Positions 1 through 10,586 of a DNA stretch of 35,882 bases are shown here, one piece after another. The stretch is from IMG/VR virus record IMGVR_UViG_3300043427_000471, positions 1 through 35,882 of that record; one strand, given 5' to 3'. Numbering within the stretch: position 1 is the stretch's first letter; the number at the start of each line of letters is the position of its first letter. This DNA is from a virus (taxonomy: Duplodnaviria > Caudoviricetes). The translations under genes were made by a program, and so were the position numbers. The notes under the pieces were generated by a model. That model was given only the letters and a program-made list of their open reading frames with translations. It did not search any database and was not told the DNA's origin.

Positions 1-126
1 GGTGTATGCAGTTGTAATCGTACCGTTCAAGGAAACCTTGATGTCGGTAGTCTCTAGGTATGGGAAGGTAAAAGAAAAGAGGACGGTGGTTCCGTCCCCT
101 GTGTAGGTATTCTGAGTGACAGCCAT
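1..126 (-). CDS. Tail fibre protein, N-terminal fragment (T7 gp17-like), truncated by the window edge
   Basis: Manual translation from ATG at 126 gives MAVTQNTYTGDGTTVLFSFTFPYLETTDIKVSLNGTITTAYT, the T7 tail-fibre N-terminal pattern (TYTGDG...FSFTFPYL...DIKV). It follows the gp16-like gene directly. Confidence 0.9.
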   Translation of the reverse strand, partial: MAVTQNTYTGDGTTVLFSFTFPYLETTDIKVSLNGTITTAYT

Positions 127-128
127 TA

Positions 129-3100
129 CTACTTACCAAAAGAAGGTTCTAGAATTTCTCGATAAGCGTCAGCTTGCGTGAACTGACCTTGCTTCCTCAT
201 GTTGTCAACTGCAACACGGTTCATTTGCGCTCTGATCATCGGAGCAACTTCAGAGTCGTTCTGCATAGCAACCCAAGCGTTCTGCTTGGCATTTTGGAAG
301 ATTTCATTGATCTCCTGGTTATGCATGTACGACATTGGATCGATGTCTCGTTCGCCTGAGTTGCGATCAGATTCCATCTTGAGAATGGATTCAATAATTT
401 GAGGACGAGCGAAAAGCTGATTCAATTGAGATTCGATGTTCTGCTGCCCAATAAAAGCCTGGAACTTAGATTTAAGCTTTGGTGGTAGTTGACCGCCACC
501 TTGACCAGGAAGTGTATTAACCGTAGTTTTAACGTCGTAAAGAGAACGGAATAGCAGCTCTCGTGTAGGGGTGGTATCTAAGTTAATTTGGAATGGCATC
601 ACGGTGTTCCACATCCTGGTTGGAAAGTCGAACATCTTGAGAGGAGAGCCATTCAAAAGGTCGCGCTTATAAGGAAGATCAGCTAACTCACCTGCCCATA
701 GGTTGCGGTTGGCGATACTATCCGAGAACTCAGCAGAGAGTTCACGCATGCCAGGGTTGAACAACTTACCAATTTCATTGCGAAGCGACGAAAGAGGAAC
801 TTGGTTATTGATCATACTGGCAGCTACACGAGAAACTTCGCCAGCACTTTGAGCAGTAAGTGCCTCAGTAAGTTGGCTGAGACCCTGCATAAATGATTTA
901 TTGACGATGTTGGCTACAAGCAGATACTTAGCTCTGTCAAGCATCTTAGATTGCCAATCAGGCCCCATCTCCTTTGATACATCGCCAACATCGGCGACGA
1001 ACGAAAGGAACATGTTGAATGGCTCAAGAGAGTCGTAGCTGACCCACTGTCCAGCAATACGCATGGAACGGGGCTGCCAACCCATTTGCTGCCAAGTCTC
1101 ACGAAGCTGCTTGTCTGAAGGTCCATTACCAGTAAGATTGCCTGAGGCATAGAAAAGGCCAGCCATAGTTACAACACTTGTTGCCATAGCTTCACGACCT
1201 TTAATCAAAGCCTTAGCAGCAGCATGTTCAGCATCATTGTTGATTCCGTATTTCACAAGATCAGGGTGACCAGACGGAAGTGTGCTGATGTCTCTTACCT
1301 CCTTAATGTACCTATTGAGGATTGGAGTATGCTTACCTGTAAGAGTGAGTGCGTTCCAGCTAGTCCGTGTGAAGAGCATGAACGGCTTTAGCCACGGCGA
1401 CATAGCGAGTGCATTGTCAATGTTCTCAAGCATCCTTGGCATGTCTTGAGTCATTGCTGTCTCACGGAAGTTACGCTGAGCCAATGCATCAGACAAGGTT
1501 CCATCAGGAGCGAAGATCTGACCGTAGAGTTGTTTCTCGTACTCCTGAACAAGATCCCGCATTGCAGTATCATCAAGAGTTAGGTTCTTGGCTTGTGCGT
1601 AGTCAAATGCCTTGTTGATTGCAACTTCCTTGAGACGCATACGCCCGGTGATGTGCTGGAAAGCAACATCAGTTGCAGCCATTACCTTTGAACTCCACGT
1701 CAATAGTGGATTCTTGTTCATCCCACGCAGCATCGCTACTTGATTGAACAATGCACGTTCAGATTCGCCACGATTAGAATCAACCCAAGCCTTAACCATT
1801 TCAAATTCAGCGTCATCTACACTTGTGGTGTAGGACGTAGCAATGGTTTGCAGGTCAGGCAGTTCATTTCCTTTGAAGTTAGACTGCAGATTAAGGCGGA
1901 ATAGCTTCCAACTTTCACCTAAAGCCTCTTGAATCGCGTGTACCTGAGCAAAGGCAGTCCTCATCACACGATCATCGCCCTTCAGATAGCTATCAGTAGC
2001 CCCTAGTGCAGTCTGGACAGGTCTAAGTGCCGTGATCAAGCTGCTTCCAACGACTGTTCTGGTAGGTGTTTTGGGACCAGAGAGGACGCTGTGTACCATA
2101 GTGGCGCCTAGTTCTTTGGCACGCATACCTTGAACCTGAACATCCCCATCCTTGTAACCACGTAGACGGTTACGCATGAAGTTATCAAGATCATCCCAAC
2201 CCTGGATAGAGTCGGTCATTGAGTATGCATCGGTGATGACGCGAAGGAGATCATCTGTCTTATCACTATCGAGTGCCTCACGAACCATAGACGCACCCTC
2301 CTGAACAGAAGCTTTGATCTCATTCAGACGTGCTTCTACATCAGTAGGCTTTACCTTAAGTTCACTAAGACCGAGAGAACGTAGATAACGACTCTGTTTT
2401 AGGCCCATGTGGAATGTAAGCCAACGCTTCTCTAGGCGGTCATACAGCCCATCTTTAGCAAGAACATCAACCTCATCAATAACACTCTTAGATGCAAGAG
2501 CAAGATCACGCATCTCGCGATCAAGTAGGCTGAGTAGGACGTTGGTCTTCAGGTGATCATCAATTCGATAGTAAGCGATGTTTTGTGTGGTGTCGGGATT
2601 GGCACCAACAAGGACATTGCCACCGTAGATCTCCTCAAGCTCAGCATCACTAAGTTCATAGACCTTACGACCAGCAAGGAGTTGCGTGGTTTCGTCGTAG
2701 ATCTCAGTAAAGAAGTCACTAGGACGTTGCCCTTTCTTAGAAAGTTCAGTGATAAGTTCCTTGTATGCCGGGTCGTTATTCAAACGATCAAGCGCTTCTT
2801 GTGGGATACTCTTGACTCCACCAGGAACACTGGTGATACGTTCGTATTCGACTTCAGTCAGAGGAGAGCGGGGAGAACCTTTGGATTGCTCCCAGTCAGT
2901 TTTGATACGTTGGACATCAGCAACGGTATTCATTGCTGAATTGGTGTTACTGAAGGCTCTGCCTTGACTAGGATCACCGCCTTCGTTGATATAACCGTCA
3001 AACTCCTGAGGCTTGTTTGGATCATCAAACTCATCCTGAAGACGCTTCATTGCAACTTCAGTTTCGTTGTCAGCTTGAACACGAGCACGTCGTTCAGGGT

Positions 3101-4199
3101 CATATACAGTGTATTGATCCAACCATGAAGTACGCTTCTGACGGGTTGCAACTTTGACCTTGAGGTTGAATTTCTCCTCGTCGGTCATGTCTGCATAACG
3201 TTTGTTATCAAGAGGATTTTTAGCGTAATCACGTTCAGCTTGCTGACTAGCAGCACGTGTGATTTCAAGATCCTGTTTCTTGAGAGCAGATTGACGAGCC
3301 GCCTCCATACCAAGATTTACATCTTCGCGGACAATGCGTGCGGTGGATTCAGAGGTATTGACCGGGAGCGAACGTGGCTTATTGATGACCTTCTTAATAG
3401 CCCCCTGAGCACCCTCAAACAACAAGTCAGCAACAGGGCCAATACCTAGACCCTCTGCCATGTTATAGATGGTTCGCTGCACAGGAGATGCGTTTTCTGG
3501 GGGAGAGAATGCTTCAAGAGCATCAGACCATTCAGGCTTGACCTTGCGAAGATCTTCGATCATCGTGGTCTGTGTGGAGCTGTTACTTGCAGCATCAGCA
3601 ATAGCACCTACAGCAGCGCTGTGAAGGAGGTTCTGACCGAGATTTGCTGCTTTACCTGCAGTGGTTGTTGCAGGAGTAATCTTTGGTCCTTGAGCTACGT
3701 ATTTTGCAGGTGCTCCAGGTAGGCGTCCAGCGGCTTTACGAGTAAGAAGGGCCAGACCACCAAACTCAACAGCACGCCGAATAAACCCACCCCATACAGT
3801 ACGAGTGATAGGAGGTTCACTGAAAGGGAGCCAAGCAGGCTTGTACTCACCGTTGTCAGTTTGGTAGAAGCGGGGATCAAAGACCTTCTGAGGTAAACCT
3901 GCAACTGAATTAGCCACATCCTGCAGACCACCAACGGCAGCGTTGCCAAGCTCTACAGCATTCTCCTTTAGACCAAACTCTTTAGGATCCATTGTCTGCT
4001 GACTAGGCAAAGGAGCACCAGTCTTCGGATCAGTGGTAGCCTTGATTAATTCTTCTTCTTGTTGACGTTGTTTTTCTAGAAGAGCTTGTTCCTGACGACG
4101 GCGCTCCTCTTCTTCAATTGCAGTATCAAGGTATTGCTGATCCTGCTTGTAGGATTCGGGATCGTATTGATCACCGGACATAGGAGCAGAGTAAACCAT
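129..4199 (-). CDS. Internal virion (ejectosome) protein, T7 gp16-like
   Basis: 1356 aa; last of three internal-protein genes before the tail fibre; C-terminal GWQPRSMRIAGQWVSYDSLEPF motif typical of large podovirus internal proteins. Confidence 0.8.
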   Translation of the reverse strand: MVYSAPMSGDQYDPESYKQDQQYLDTAIEEEERRRQEQALLEKQRQQEEELIKATTDPKTGAPLPSQQTMDPKEFGLKENAVELGNAAVGGLQDVANSVAGLPQKVFDPRFYQTDNGEYKPAWLPFSEPPITRTVWGGFIRRAVEFGGLALLTRKAAGRLPGAPAKYVAQGPKITPATTTAGKAANLGQNLLHSAAVGAIADAASNSSTQTTMIEDLRKVKPEWSDALEAFSPPENASPVQRTIYNMAEGLGIGPVADLLFEGAQGAIKKVINKPRSLPVNTSESTARIVREDVNLGMEAARQSALKKQDLEITRAASQQAERDYAKNPLDNKRYADMTDEEKFNLKVKVATRQKRTSWLDQYTVYDPERRARVQADNETEVAMKRLQDEFDDPNKPQEFDGYINEGGDPSQGRAFSNTNSAMNTVADVQRIKTDWEQSKGSPRSPLTEVEYERITSVPGGVKSIPQEALDRLNNDPAYKELITELSKKGQRPSDFFTEIYDETTQLLAGRKVYELSDAELEEIYGGNVLVGANPDTTQNIAYYRIDDHLKTNVLLSLLDREMRDLALASKSVIDEVDVLAKDGLYDRLEKRWLTFHMGLKQSRYLRSLGLSELKVKPTDVEARLNEIKASVQEGASMVREALDSDKTDDLLRVITDAYSMTDSIQGWDDLDNFMRNRLRGYKDGDVQVQGMRAKELGATMVHSVLSGPKTPTRTVVGSSLITALRPVQTALGATDSYLKGDDRVMRTAFAQVHAIQEALGESWKLFRLNLQSNFKGNELPDLQTIATSYTTSVDDAEFEMVKAWVDSNRGESERALFNQVAMLRGMNKNPLLTWSSKVMAATDVAFQHITGRMRLKEVAINKAFDYAQAKNLTLDDTAMRDLVQEYEKQLYGQIFAPDGTLSDALAQRNFRETAMTQDMPRMLENIDNALAMSPWLKPFMLFTRTSWNALTLTGKHTPILNRYIKEVRDISTLPSGHPDLVKYGINNDAEHAAAKALIKGREAMATSVVTMAGLFYASGNLTGNGPSDKQLRETWQQMGWQPRSMRIAGQWVSYDSLEPFNMFLSFVADVGDVSKEMGPDWQSKMLDRAKYLLVANIVNKSFMQGLSQLTEALTAQSAGEVSRVAASMINNQVPLSSLRNEIGKLFNPGMRELSAEFSDSIANRNLWAGELADLPYKRDLLNGSPLKMFDFPTRMWNTVMPFQINLDTTPTRELLFRSLYDVKTTVNTLPGQGGGQLPPKLKSKFQAFIGQQNIESQLNQLFARPQIIESILKMESDRNSGERDIDPMSYMHNQEINEIFQNAKQNAWVAMQNDSEVAPMIRAQMNRVAVDNMRKQGQFTQADAYREILEPSFGK

Positions 4200-4201
4200 A
4201 G

Positions 4202-7200
4202 TTAGCTAGCTGTACCGTGTAGGAAATAGAATTGCCTTCCATTTGGAAGTTTGATAACAAGCTCGTCACCGTGCTGGGTTTTGCGGTTGCTGACAACCTG
4301 AGCACCGTTTGAGAGATAGACAGGAGTGCCATCGTCGAAAGCAAAGTCCCATGCTTTATGGGATCCATAGTCTCGGCCTGCTCCAAAGCGGCCACCATCC
4401 ACGGTGACACCTTGGCTAAGCGGACCTTTTGCTTTACCGACGCGAATGTATTTATCAAGGAAATGCCGGTGGAAGAATCCACCATCGGTTGCCCCTACAT
4501 GGAGATGTGCTGCGGTGCTTGTAGGACCAATGTTACCGACACGGTAGACAACATTGGTTCGCATCATCTCAGGTTGACGCATCGGAGATGGAGCCTGAAG
4601 CGTTGTCCTTAATTGCTGAAGGCGTGTACGTAGAAGCTCTTTAGACTTTTCATTTTGAAGTCCAATCCACTCTTGTCCCATGCCAGCAACTGCTGCACTC
4701 AAGGAACCAGAGCCAGTCAAGAAACGGCCAGCACGACCCTTCAAAAGAGCAATAGCGAGTTTGTCCTGCGTGGCAGCATCAAAGCGATCTGTAGGTTCAA
4801 CACCCGTTGCACCATACGAACCATTCATCAGACCACGAAGTGTAGAACCAATGATTTGATAACGACCTGCAGCATGAACCTTACTTTGACTATGGAGGTT
4901 CATGACCTCAGCAACAGTCATAGTAGAAAGACCACGACCAAAGACATCGTTAGAGTTGGCACTGCCAATGGCAACAGTTCCACCAGCACTGCCACCTCGA
5001 TTCATTGCGTCATACTGGCCGTAACCCATGCTTTCACGAGAAGCGATCAGATCAAGCAGAGGCTTGTAGTTAGCTGATGTAGAGAAAGCCTGGTATGTAT
5101 TAGCTGTGCTGGGGTAGCTACTAAGACGTATCTGCCAGCGAGGATCGAGTCCTTTAAAGATCTGATCGGCGCCTGAAAGACCAATTTGAAGTGTGGAGCC
5201 TGAAGCACGAAGCTGTGCGTTGGCGATGTCGATAATCGTACGGGGATTACCGTTCTGATCAAGACGGCCAGAAGCAGCGGATGCAAGAATTGGAGCAAAG
5301 GTACCACCTTGGCCACGAGCAATGCGCTCAAGATTCTTCAACTCAGCGGGGTCAAGGAAAACATCGGTTTCGATGTTGAGCGTCCTGTTATTGATCCGAC
5401 TACGTATGTCCTGAGCACGCTTTCTAGCTCGTGTATTGTCAGGAATACGGCCTTGAAACTCAAAAGGAGCTTCTTGGTTGAGGTTTGGACGGAACTTACC
5501 ATTTGCATCAAGCTGACCCTTCATTGCAAACGGACCGCCTTTGCCTTGCTTACCGTCTTCGATAAGGTTCTTGATGTACTGCTTTGCAGAATCAACAGCA
5601 GCTTGTGGAGACAGGTTGCCAACGCTCATCTCATAGCGAACCTTCTCGTTGAAGAGCCGCTCTGCATAGTCACTGGCAGCGATGAATGCCGAGCTATCTA
5701 CGCGATCAGATCCTGTTTGCTTAAGGGTCTCTTTGATGCGTGCATTAATTTCACGCTTCGCATTTTCGACACTATCCTTAGGAAGCGTAGCAAGGTTGTC
5801 GTTCTGACTGGCCTTGGTCTTATACTTCGCTACCAGATCGGGGTTGGTTGCTAGATAACGATTCAGCTCCCTAGTGGTGAGGAGATTTCGATTATCCAGA
5901 TCCTGGAGGTATGCGTCTAGAGCTTGTGCCTCGACGTACTCAGTAGTGCGTGTCTTAAGATCTTTTAACCAGGAAGGGGCCTCGCGATTAAACTCACCTT
6001 CGTATTGAGTGATGAGTGAGTCAACGGCATCTTGAGTTAGAGGTACACCAGCTTCAAGGTTGTCATATACCTTTGTTTTAAAAGCCTTCTCCTTCTCACC
6101 TTCTTGGAATTCCTGCTCATCAACAGTACGCTTTTCACGCTGGTAAACGGCGTCATAAGCCTTAGCAAGCTGAACAGCAAAGTCCTCACCAATGTTGCGT
6201 GTTTGACCATCTGCACGGACGTATGAACCAGCACGGATGTTGTCGAGAGTTTCTCGATCAAGGAGACCCAAGGAAGCGTACTTCTCAAGGATCTCTCCGG
6301 CCTCACGTTTCTTAGCTGAGCGCATAGCAGGATCGCCACCAGACCCTCTGGCAATCCAATCAATAAGACCAGCACCAGCATCTACACCACGTACAGAATC
6401 AAGGAGGTCTTTAGCATCTTCTTCTTTCCGGTTCTCTGCAAGGACTTTATTACGCGCCTCTTGATACGAGACACGCTCCTGCATTTCAAGGCTACGCATC
6501 TTAGGGTAAAGATGCTCATTAAGGAGTGCAGGATTGATTCCGTTGTAGCTTTTCAGAAACTCAGTTCTGACATAAGCGTTAGCAGCTTCCCACTCTTCAG
6601 TAGAAGTGGCACTGGAGAGGGTGATCTCTCGGTCACCAAACGGGATCGGAGTGTCAGCAGATGTACCACGAAAGATGGCGTAGTCTTGGCTACCTTGAAT
6701 GGCATAGGCGCGAGTCGCACCATACAGTTTCCAACCACCAAGACCACGAACCTTATCAAGAACCTCAATGGGGACACCACGGAACTCCATCTGATTTGCA
6801 GCAGCATTCGCAGCAGCAGCACCCTTAGTAAGTTGTTCCTTTTGGGTTTCGTACTCAGCGAGAATGTTTGGTGTTACACCGTATTGGAAGACAAGGTTCT
6901 GACCATAAAGCTGATCAGACTCTTTCTTCTGCTTAGCATAGTCAGAAACAATGTTTCCAACAGTCTTTGACAAATCAGCCAGAGCAGAAAGGTTCTGAAT
7001 GTCAGGTTCACCAACATTCTCGGCTTTTAGCTTTAGGTTATTAAGTCTTGCCTGCTGGTAGTTCCTTCTAGATTGACGTTCAAATTGGTAATTGTCATCA
7101 CGGTTCTGTTGTTCCCGTGCAAGAGTGCCACGTAGGGCTTGCTCGTAATCGTTCCGTTGAGAGGTCAGTGCATTAGCATTATCACGCATACCCCGTAGGG

Positions 7201-7303
7201 TGCGATCAGCTTGCTCTTGCATCCTGGACAATACTCCCATCGGAGCTTGGATTGGTTGAAATCCTCTTTCTTGGGCGTACCCTTTGAATTTAACCTGATC
7301 CAT
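4202..7303 (-). CDS. Internal virion protein (gp15-like) with C-terminal lysozyme-like and M23-peptidase-like domains
   Basis: 1033 aa between the gp14- and gp16-like genes. Muramidase-like LLDLIASRES...AAGRYQII...FDAATQDKLAIALL...QEWIGL, then AHLHVG, HKAWD and YFLHG motifs. Confidence 0.8.
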   Translation of the reverse strand: MDQVKFKGYAQERGFQPIQAPMGVLSRMQEQADRTLRGMRDNANALTSQRNDYEQALRGTLAREQQNRDDNYQFERQSRRNYQQARLNNLKLKAENVGEPDIQNLSALADLSKTVGNIVSDYAKQKKESDQLYGQNLVFQYGVTPNILAEYETQKEQLTKGAAAANAAANQMEFRGVPIEVLDKVRGLGGWKLYGATRAYAIQGSQDYAIFRGTSADTPIPFGDREITLSSATSTEEWEAANAYVRTEFLKSYNGINPALLNEHLYPKMRSLEMQERVSYQEARNKVLAENRKEEDAKDLLDSVRGVDAGAGLIDWIARGSGGDPAMRSAKKREAGEILEKYASLGLLDRETLDNIRAGSYVRADGQTRNIGEDFAVQLAKAYDAVYQREKRTVDEQEFQEGEKEKAFKTKVYDNLEAGVPLTQDAVDSLITQYEGEFNREAPSWLKDLKTRTTEYVEAQALDAYLQDLDNRNLLTTRELNRYLATNPDLVAKYKTKASQNDNLATLPKDSVENAKREINARIKETLKQTGSDRVDSSAFIAASDYAERLFNEKVRYEMSVGNLSPQAAVDSAKQYIKNLIEDGKQGKGGPFAMKGQLDANGKFRPNLNQEAPFEFQGRIPDNTRARKRAQDIRSRINNRTLNIETDVFLDPAELKNLERIARGQGGTFAPILASAASGRLDQNGNPRTIIDIANAQLRASGSTLQIGLSGADQIFKGLDPRWQIRLSSYPSTANTYQAFSTSANYKPLLDLIASRESMGYGQYDAMNRGGSAGGTVAIGSANSNDVFGRGLSTMTVAEVMNLHSQSKVHAAGRYQIIGSTLRGLMNGSYGATGVEPTDRFDAATQDKLAIALLKGRAGRFLTGSGSLSAAVAGMGQEWIGLQNEKSKELLRTRLQQLRTTLQAPSPMRQPEMMRTNVVYRVGNIGPTSTAAHLHVGATDGGFFHRHFLDKYIRVGKAKGPLSQGVTVDGGRFGAGRDYGSHKAWDFAFDDGTPVYLSNGAQVVSNRKTQHGDELVIKLPNGRQFYFLHGTAS

Positions 7304-7314
7304 TTATTTCTCCG

Positions 7315-8184
7315 TTATTTATAGAGTGAACTTAAAGAGCCCGTAACCCCTGCAATTCCACTGATCGCAGCATTCCAAACAGGTAAAGAACTTCCACCCT
7401 TAACAGTGTTAACCATCTTAATGGGCTTAGGCGGCTTCTTCGGTTTGCGAGGATCTTGGAAGATTGCACGAGGCGTTGCAATAGGAGCTGGCAGCGTGGG
7501 AAGCCTTTCAGGACGCAGCATTCGATTAGCTTCAGCACTAAGGTCAGCGCCATACTTCGCAAGATCAATGTCACGAAGATTGGCTGTGCTTTGACGTTCT
7601 GCACTAACAAGACTCTCAGCGATGACAGCCTGATTCCTCCCGTAGGATGCAATCACGCTTTGCAGGCCCTTTCCTGCTGAACGACCTGCTTGACCACGTG
7701 CAGCAGCCTTACCTTCCTCTTGAAGAAGTTGTACAAGAAGGTCTTGGTTATTGAAAGCTGCTTCTTGAAATGTTTCCTGTAATCTGCGATTCTCTGCTTG
7801 GTAAGCAAGAGCAGCAGCTTGTGAATTGAAGTTTCTTTGTTGACGGTACAACTGCTCAGACTTGTTGTACATCCGCATCTGCTGGTTGTACTCAAAGTTC
7901 TGGATCTGAAGACGATAGTTGTAGTCTTGGAAGTTAGTAGCATCACGATAGTTAGCCAGACGCTCTTCGTTGTCTCGCTGGATCTGGATGCCATCCTTAA
8001 GGTAATTATAGTTAGCCTTTGTATCTTGCCAGTTAAACCGATAGTTTTGTTTATCGTATCTAAACTGACGATTGATTGCTTTCTGCTGCAGCTCTCTAGC
8101 TTGATCTTGCTGGCTCTGCTGTGCCGAAGCACCAAACAGGCCACCAATCGCAGAGATGCCAGCAGCAACAAGTTCCCATGCCAT
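7315..8184 (-). CDS. Internal virion protein (gp14-like)
   Basis: 289 aa; Gly/Ala hydrophobic N-terminus, Gln-rich helical body, AAARGQAGRS motif; lies directly after tail tube B. Confidence 0.75.
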   Translation of the reverse strand: MAWELVAAGISAIGGLFGASAQQSQQDQARELQQKAINRQFRYDKQNYRFNWQDTKANYNYLKDGIQIQRDNEERLANYRDATNFQDYNYRLQIQNFEYNQQMRMYNKSEQLYRQQRNFNSQAAALAYQAENRRLQETFQEAAFNNQDLLVQLLQEEGKAAARGQAGRSAGKGLQSVIASYGRNQAVIAESLVSAERQSTANLRDIDLAKYGADLSAEANRMLRPERLPTLPAPIATPRAIFQDPRKPKKPPKPIKMVNTVKGGSSLPVWNAAISGIAGVTGSLSSLYK

Positions 8185-10586
8185 TACGCCCTCCTATAGA
8201 ATCGTGGTGAATAAGATCCTTCCCACATCATCGAAGTAAGAGAGATCGGGAATGGTGAATCACTAAAGACCTTTAGGTCAAAGTTTGAATTACGTTGATG
8301 AATAGGTAATGTGTACACGGTCTGTTCATTCAGAGGAACGTCATCAGCCAAGTAATAGTCAGCATCTTGGATCGACTGAACGTCATACCATTCGGATTGA
8401 CCTTTTGCTTTCAGCTTGAAGCCAACATTGCTGGAAAGACCAACCGAGAACTTCACCCGAGCCACTGTTAGGTTTGCTGTGTAATCAGATCTGTTCTCCC
8501 CAATCTGGTAGTAGATCGTTGGGAGTTGAATGTCGAAGTCATACTTGAATCCAAGGTAGACCTTACTTGCTTGTGCTGAGTAATCATCACCAACAAACTC
8601 AAAGTAAGGACCAGTTAAATCACTACCACGAGTAGGAGTCACAGTGAAGCCAGACTCACCAGTGTTGGTTGGGTCAGCAATGATCACAGCAGGGCTCAGC
8701 CCAGTAATGTCTTTGTACCGGAGGTAGCAACGATTAACCTTCGTAGTAGCGTTGTAAGTGACGCTAGAAGGCGTTGCATACTGATCCAGGCATAGTTGCA
8801 CCACCTGACCGCTATCGGCTCTCAGAATGGCATCATCGGGGGTCTGAGTGAGGTTCGCTTTGCAGAGGGTGTACTGCCCTGATTGGTAGGTGACAATGTA
8901 CGTGTCATCACTATCGACAGTAAAGAACTGGACATTGCCTTGCATCTTCCAGTTGAACCATGTCTGCATTGCTGTCTCTTCACCAACTGTGTAAGTCCTG
9001 AAGAAGTACACGTATTGGGAAGACGGGCCATACATCGCAAAGAATGAGTTCTGAGGTGATGCAATGAGATCAGCGACAGAATCAGGAACCCATTCAGAAA
9101 CCACTCGGCCAATGTCCAACACATCAGGGTTTTCTTGCTGACCACGAGTAGCCATTGCGTAGATACGGGTATAACCTGGAGACTTGCTCAGGAATACCAT
9201 GTTTGTACCAACGTCTACTGGTGGGATCAGCTCTTCATTTTCGTAGTTGGAGATGGTCCTGATTACTGAAGTCTTAGGGGTAAGGATACCGTCATCTGAA
9301 TACATCAAGAACTGCTGAGTTTTGCTGAACATCACCAGACCCTGAGCAGCAGGTAGCACTGAGTGAAGAACAGCAGGTCTCAAGCTAGAGCAACTGATGT
9401 CAATAGGATCGTTGTCAGCTTGGGTAAGAGCAGAGACGTGGTAGAAGTTGTAGAACTCACCACTTTGACTCATCGACACATTGTCACCAGTCAAGAAGCC
9501 AAGGCGGTTGTTGTGGAAGAAGACCTGTTGGATCTTTTTGCCAACAAAGCTTGGATGCTCGTTAGTTTCATCATCACCAACCAGACGCTCTTCCCAAGTG
9601 ATGGGCCTGAACTCAAAGGTGTTTAGTGCGGTGTTCACCAGCTCATGCGGCATGGTGGATGCAGTCAGACCCTTGGATACGTTCGGTGCAACGGTCTCCT
9701 GCCAACTACCTTTACCAGAGACACCGTTCTCTGCGATGAAGGTTGCGTAGTAGGAGTCCTCTTTAGCGACAGTATTGTTGATCTTGATGACTCGACCCTG
9801 AACGCTTTCAGCAGGCAGTTCAGAGAAGTTATTGGCTTCATCTTGAAATGCTCTCAGCTCTTCACCGCTGATACCACCACGAGCTTCGATGGTGAAAGCA
9901 GACGATCCAGAGAGTTCGATACTGCCTTTGCATTTAGTCTTCGTAACACCAGCAGGAAGGGGGATGTTCGTAAAGATCTGATCTAGAATGTCAGTTGCAT
10001 TCAAGACCTTGTTCGTCGTTGTATTGGTGTTAGCAGGGTCTTCTGTGTTCTTTGTGGTGAAGCTATAAGCTGCAGCAGAACCTACCTTGACGTAATACTC
10101 AGCGCCGTACTCCGCACTGTAAAGACGGATGGTTGCCTTTGACTTTGCAGTGAAGCTTGGTGCTGCTTGGGTTGTAACAGTGACTTGGTTATTAGCGACA
10201 ATTGTTGTATCTTGAACAGTTAGTACCTGAAGACTATTCTTGGCATTTGAGCTACCGTAGGTCAGATAGCTGCTTCCAGTATTGGCTACAGTGACAGTCG
10301 CTGCTGGGTTGTTGACATTCCAGATGTTGATGCTGGTCCCATAAATCACACCGATGTACTTCTCAGTATCATCTCGGTTGATGTAGAACCACTTACCATT
10401 TTGGAATTCATTCGTGGTAGACGAAAGGTTGCCTAACCACTTGGTGCCAGGCCGCTTTGACAATCCATAGGTAGGATCTGCGTAGGCATTGATTGCTTCT
10501 ACAACCTGCCCTGGAAGCTTCTTGTCGTCTGGTTGCTTGGATACACCACCAAGAAAGTTAGGTATTAGTTGAGTTACACTTGCCAT
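8184..10586 (-). CDS. Tail tubular protein B (nozzle, T7 gp12-like)
   Basis: 800 aa starting MASVTQLIPNFLGGVSKQPD; contains WEERLVGDDETNEHPSFVG and FFHNNRLGFL; ends WEGSY. Confidence 0.93.
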   Translation of the reverse strand: MASVTQLIPNFLGGVSKQPDDKKLPGQVVEAINAYADPTYGLSKRPGTKWLGNLSSTTNEFQNGKWFYINRDDTEKYIGVIYGTSINIWNVNNPAATVTVANTGSSYLTYGSSNAKNSLQVLTVQDTTIVANNQVTVTTQAAPSFTAKSKATIRLYSAEYGAEYYVKVGSAAAYSFTTKNTEDPANTNTTTNKVLNATDILDQIFTNIPLPAGVTKTKCKGSIELSGSSAFTIEARGGISGEELRAFQDEANNFSELPAESVQGRVIKINNTVAKEDSYYATFIAENGVSGKGSWQETVAPNVSKGLTASTMPHELVNTALNTFEFRPITWEERLVGDDETNEHPSFVGKKIQQVFFHNNRLGFLTGDNVSMSQSGEFYNFYHVSALTQADNDPIDISCSSLRPAVLHSVLPAAQGLVMFSKTQQFLMYSDDGILTPKTSVIRTISNYENEELIPPVDVGTNMVFLSKSPGYTRIYAMATRGQQENPDVLDIGRVVSEWVPDSVADLIASPQNSFFAMYGPSSQYVYFFRTYTVGEETAMQTWFNWKMQGNVQFFTVDSDDTYIVTYQSGQYTLCKANLTQTPDDAILRADSGQVVQLCLDQYATPSSVTYNATTKVNRCYLRYKDITGLSPAVIIADPTNTGESGFTVTPTRGSDLTGPYFEFVGDDYSAQASKVYLGFKYDFDIQLPTIYYQIGENRSDYTANLTVARVKFSVGLSSNVGFKLKAKGQSEWYDVQSIQDADYYLADDVPLNEQTVYTLPIHQRNSNFDLKVFSDSPFPISLTSMMWEGSYSPRFYRRA

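Noticed and set aside
174-10000. Many 60-180 aa plus-strand and alternate-frame ORFs within the virion genes
   Set aside because: All are nested in long, motif-supported minus-strand genes and show no recognisable features.
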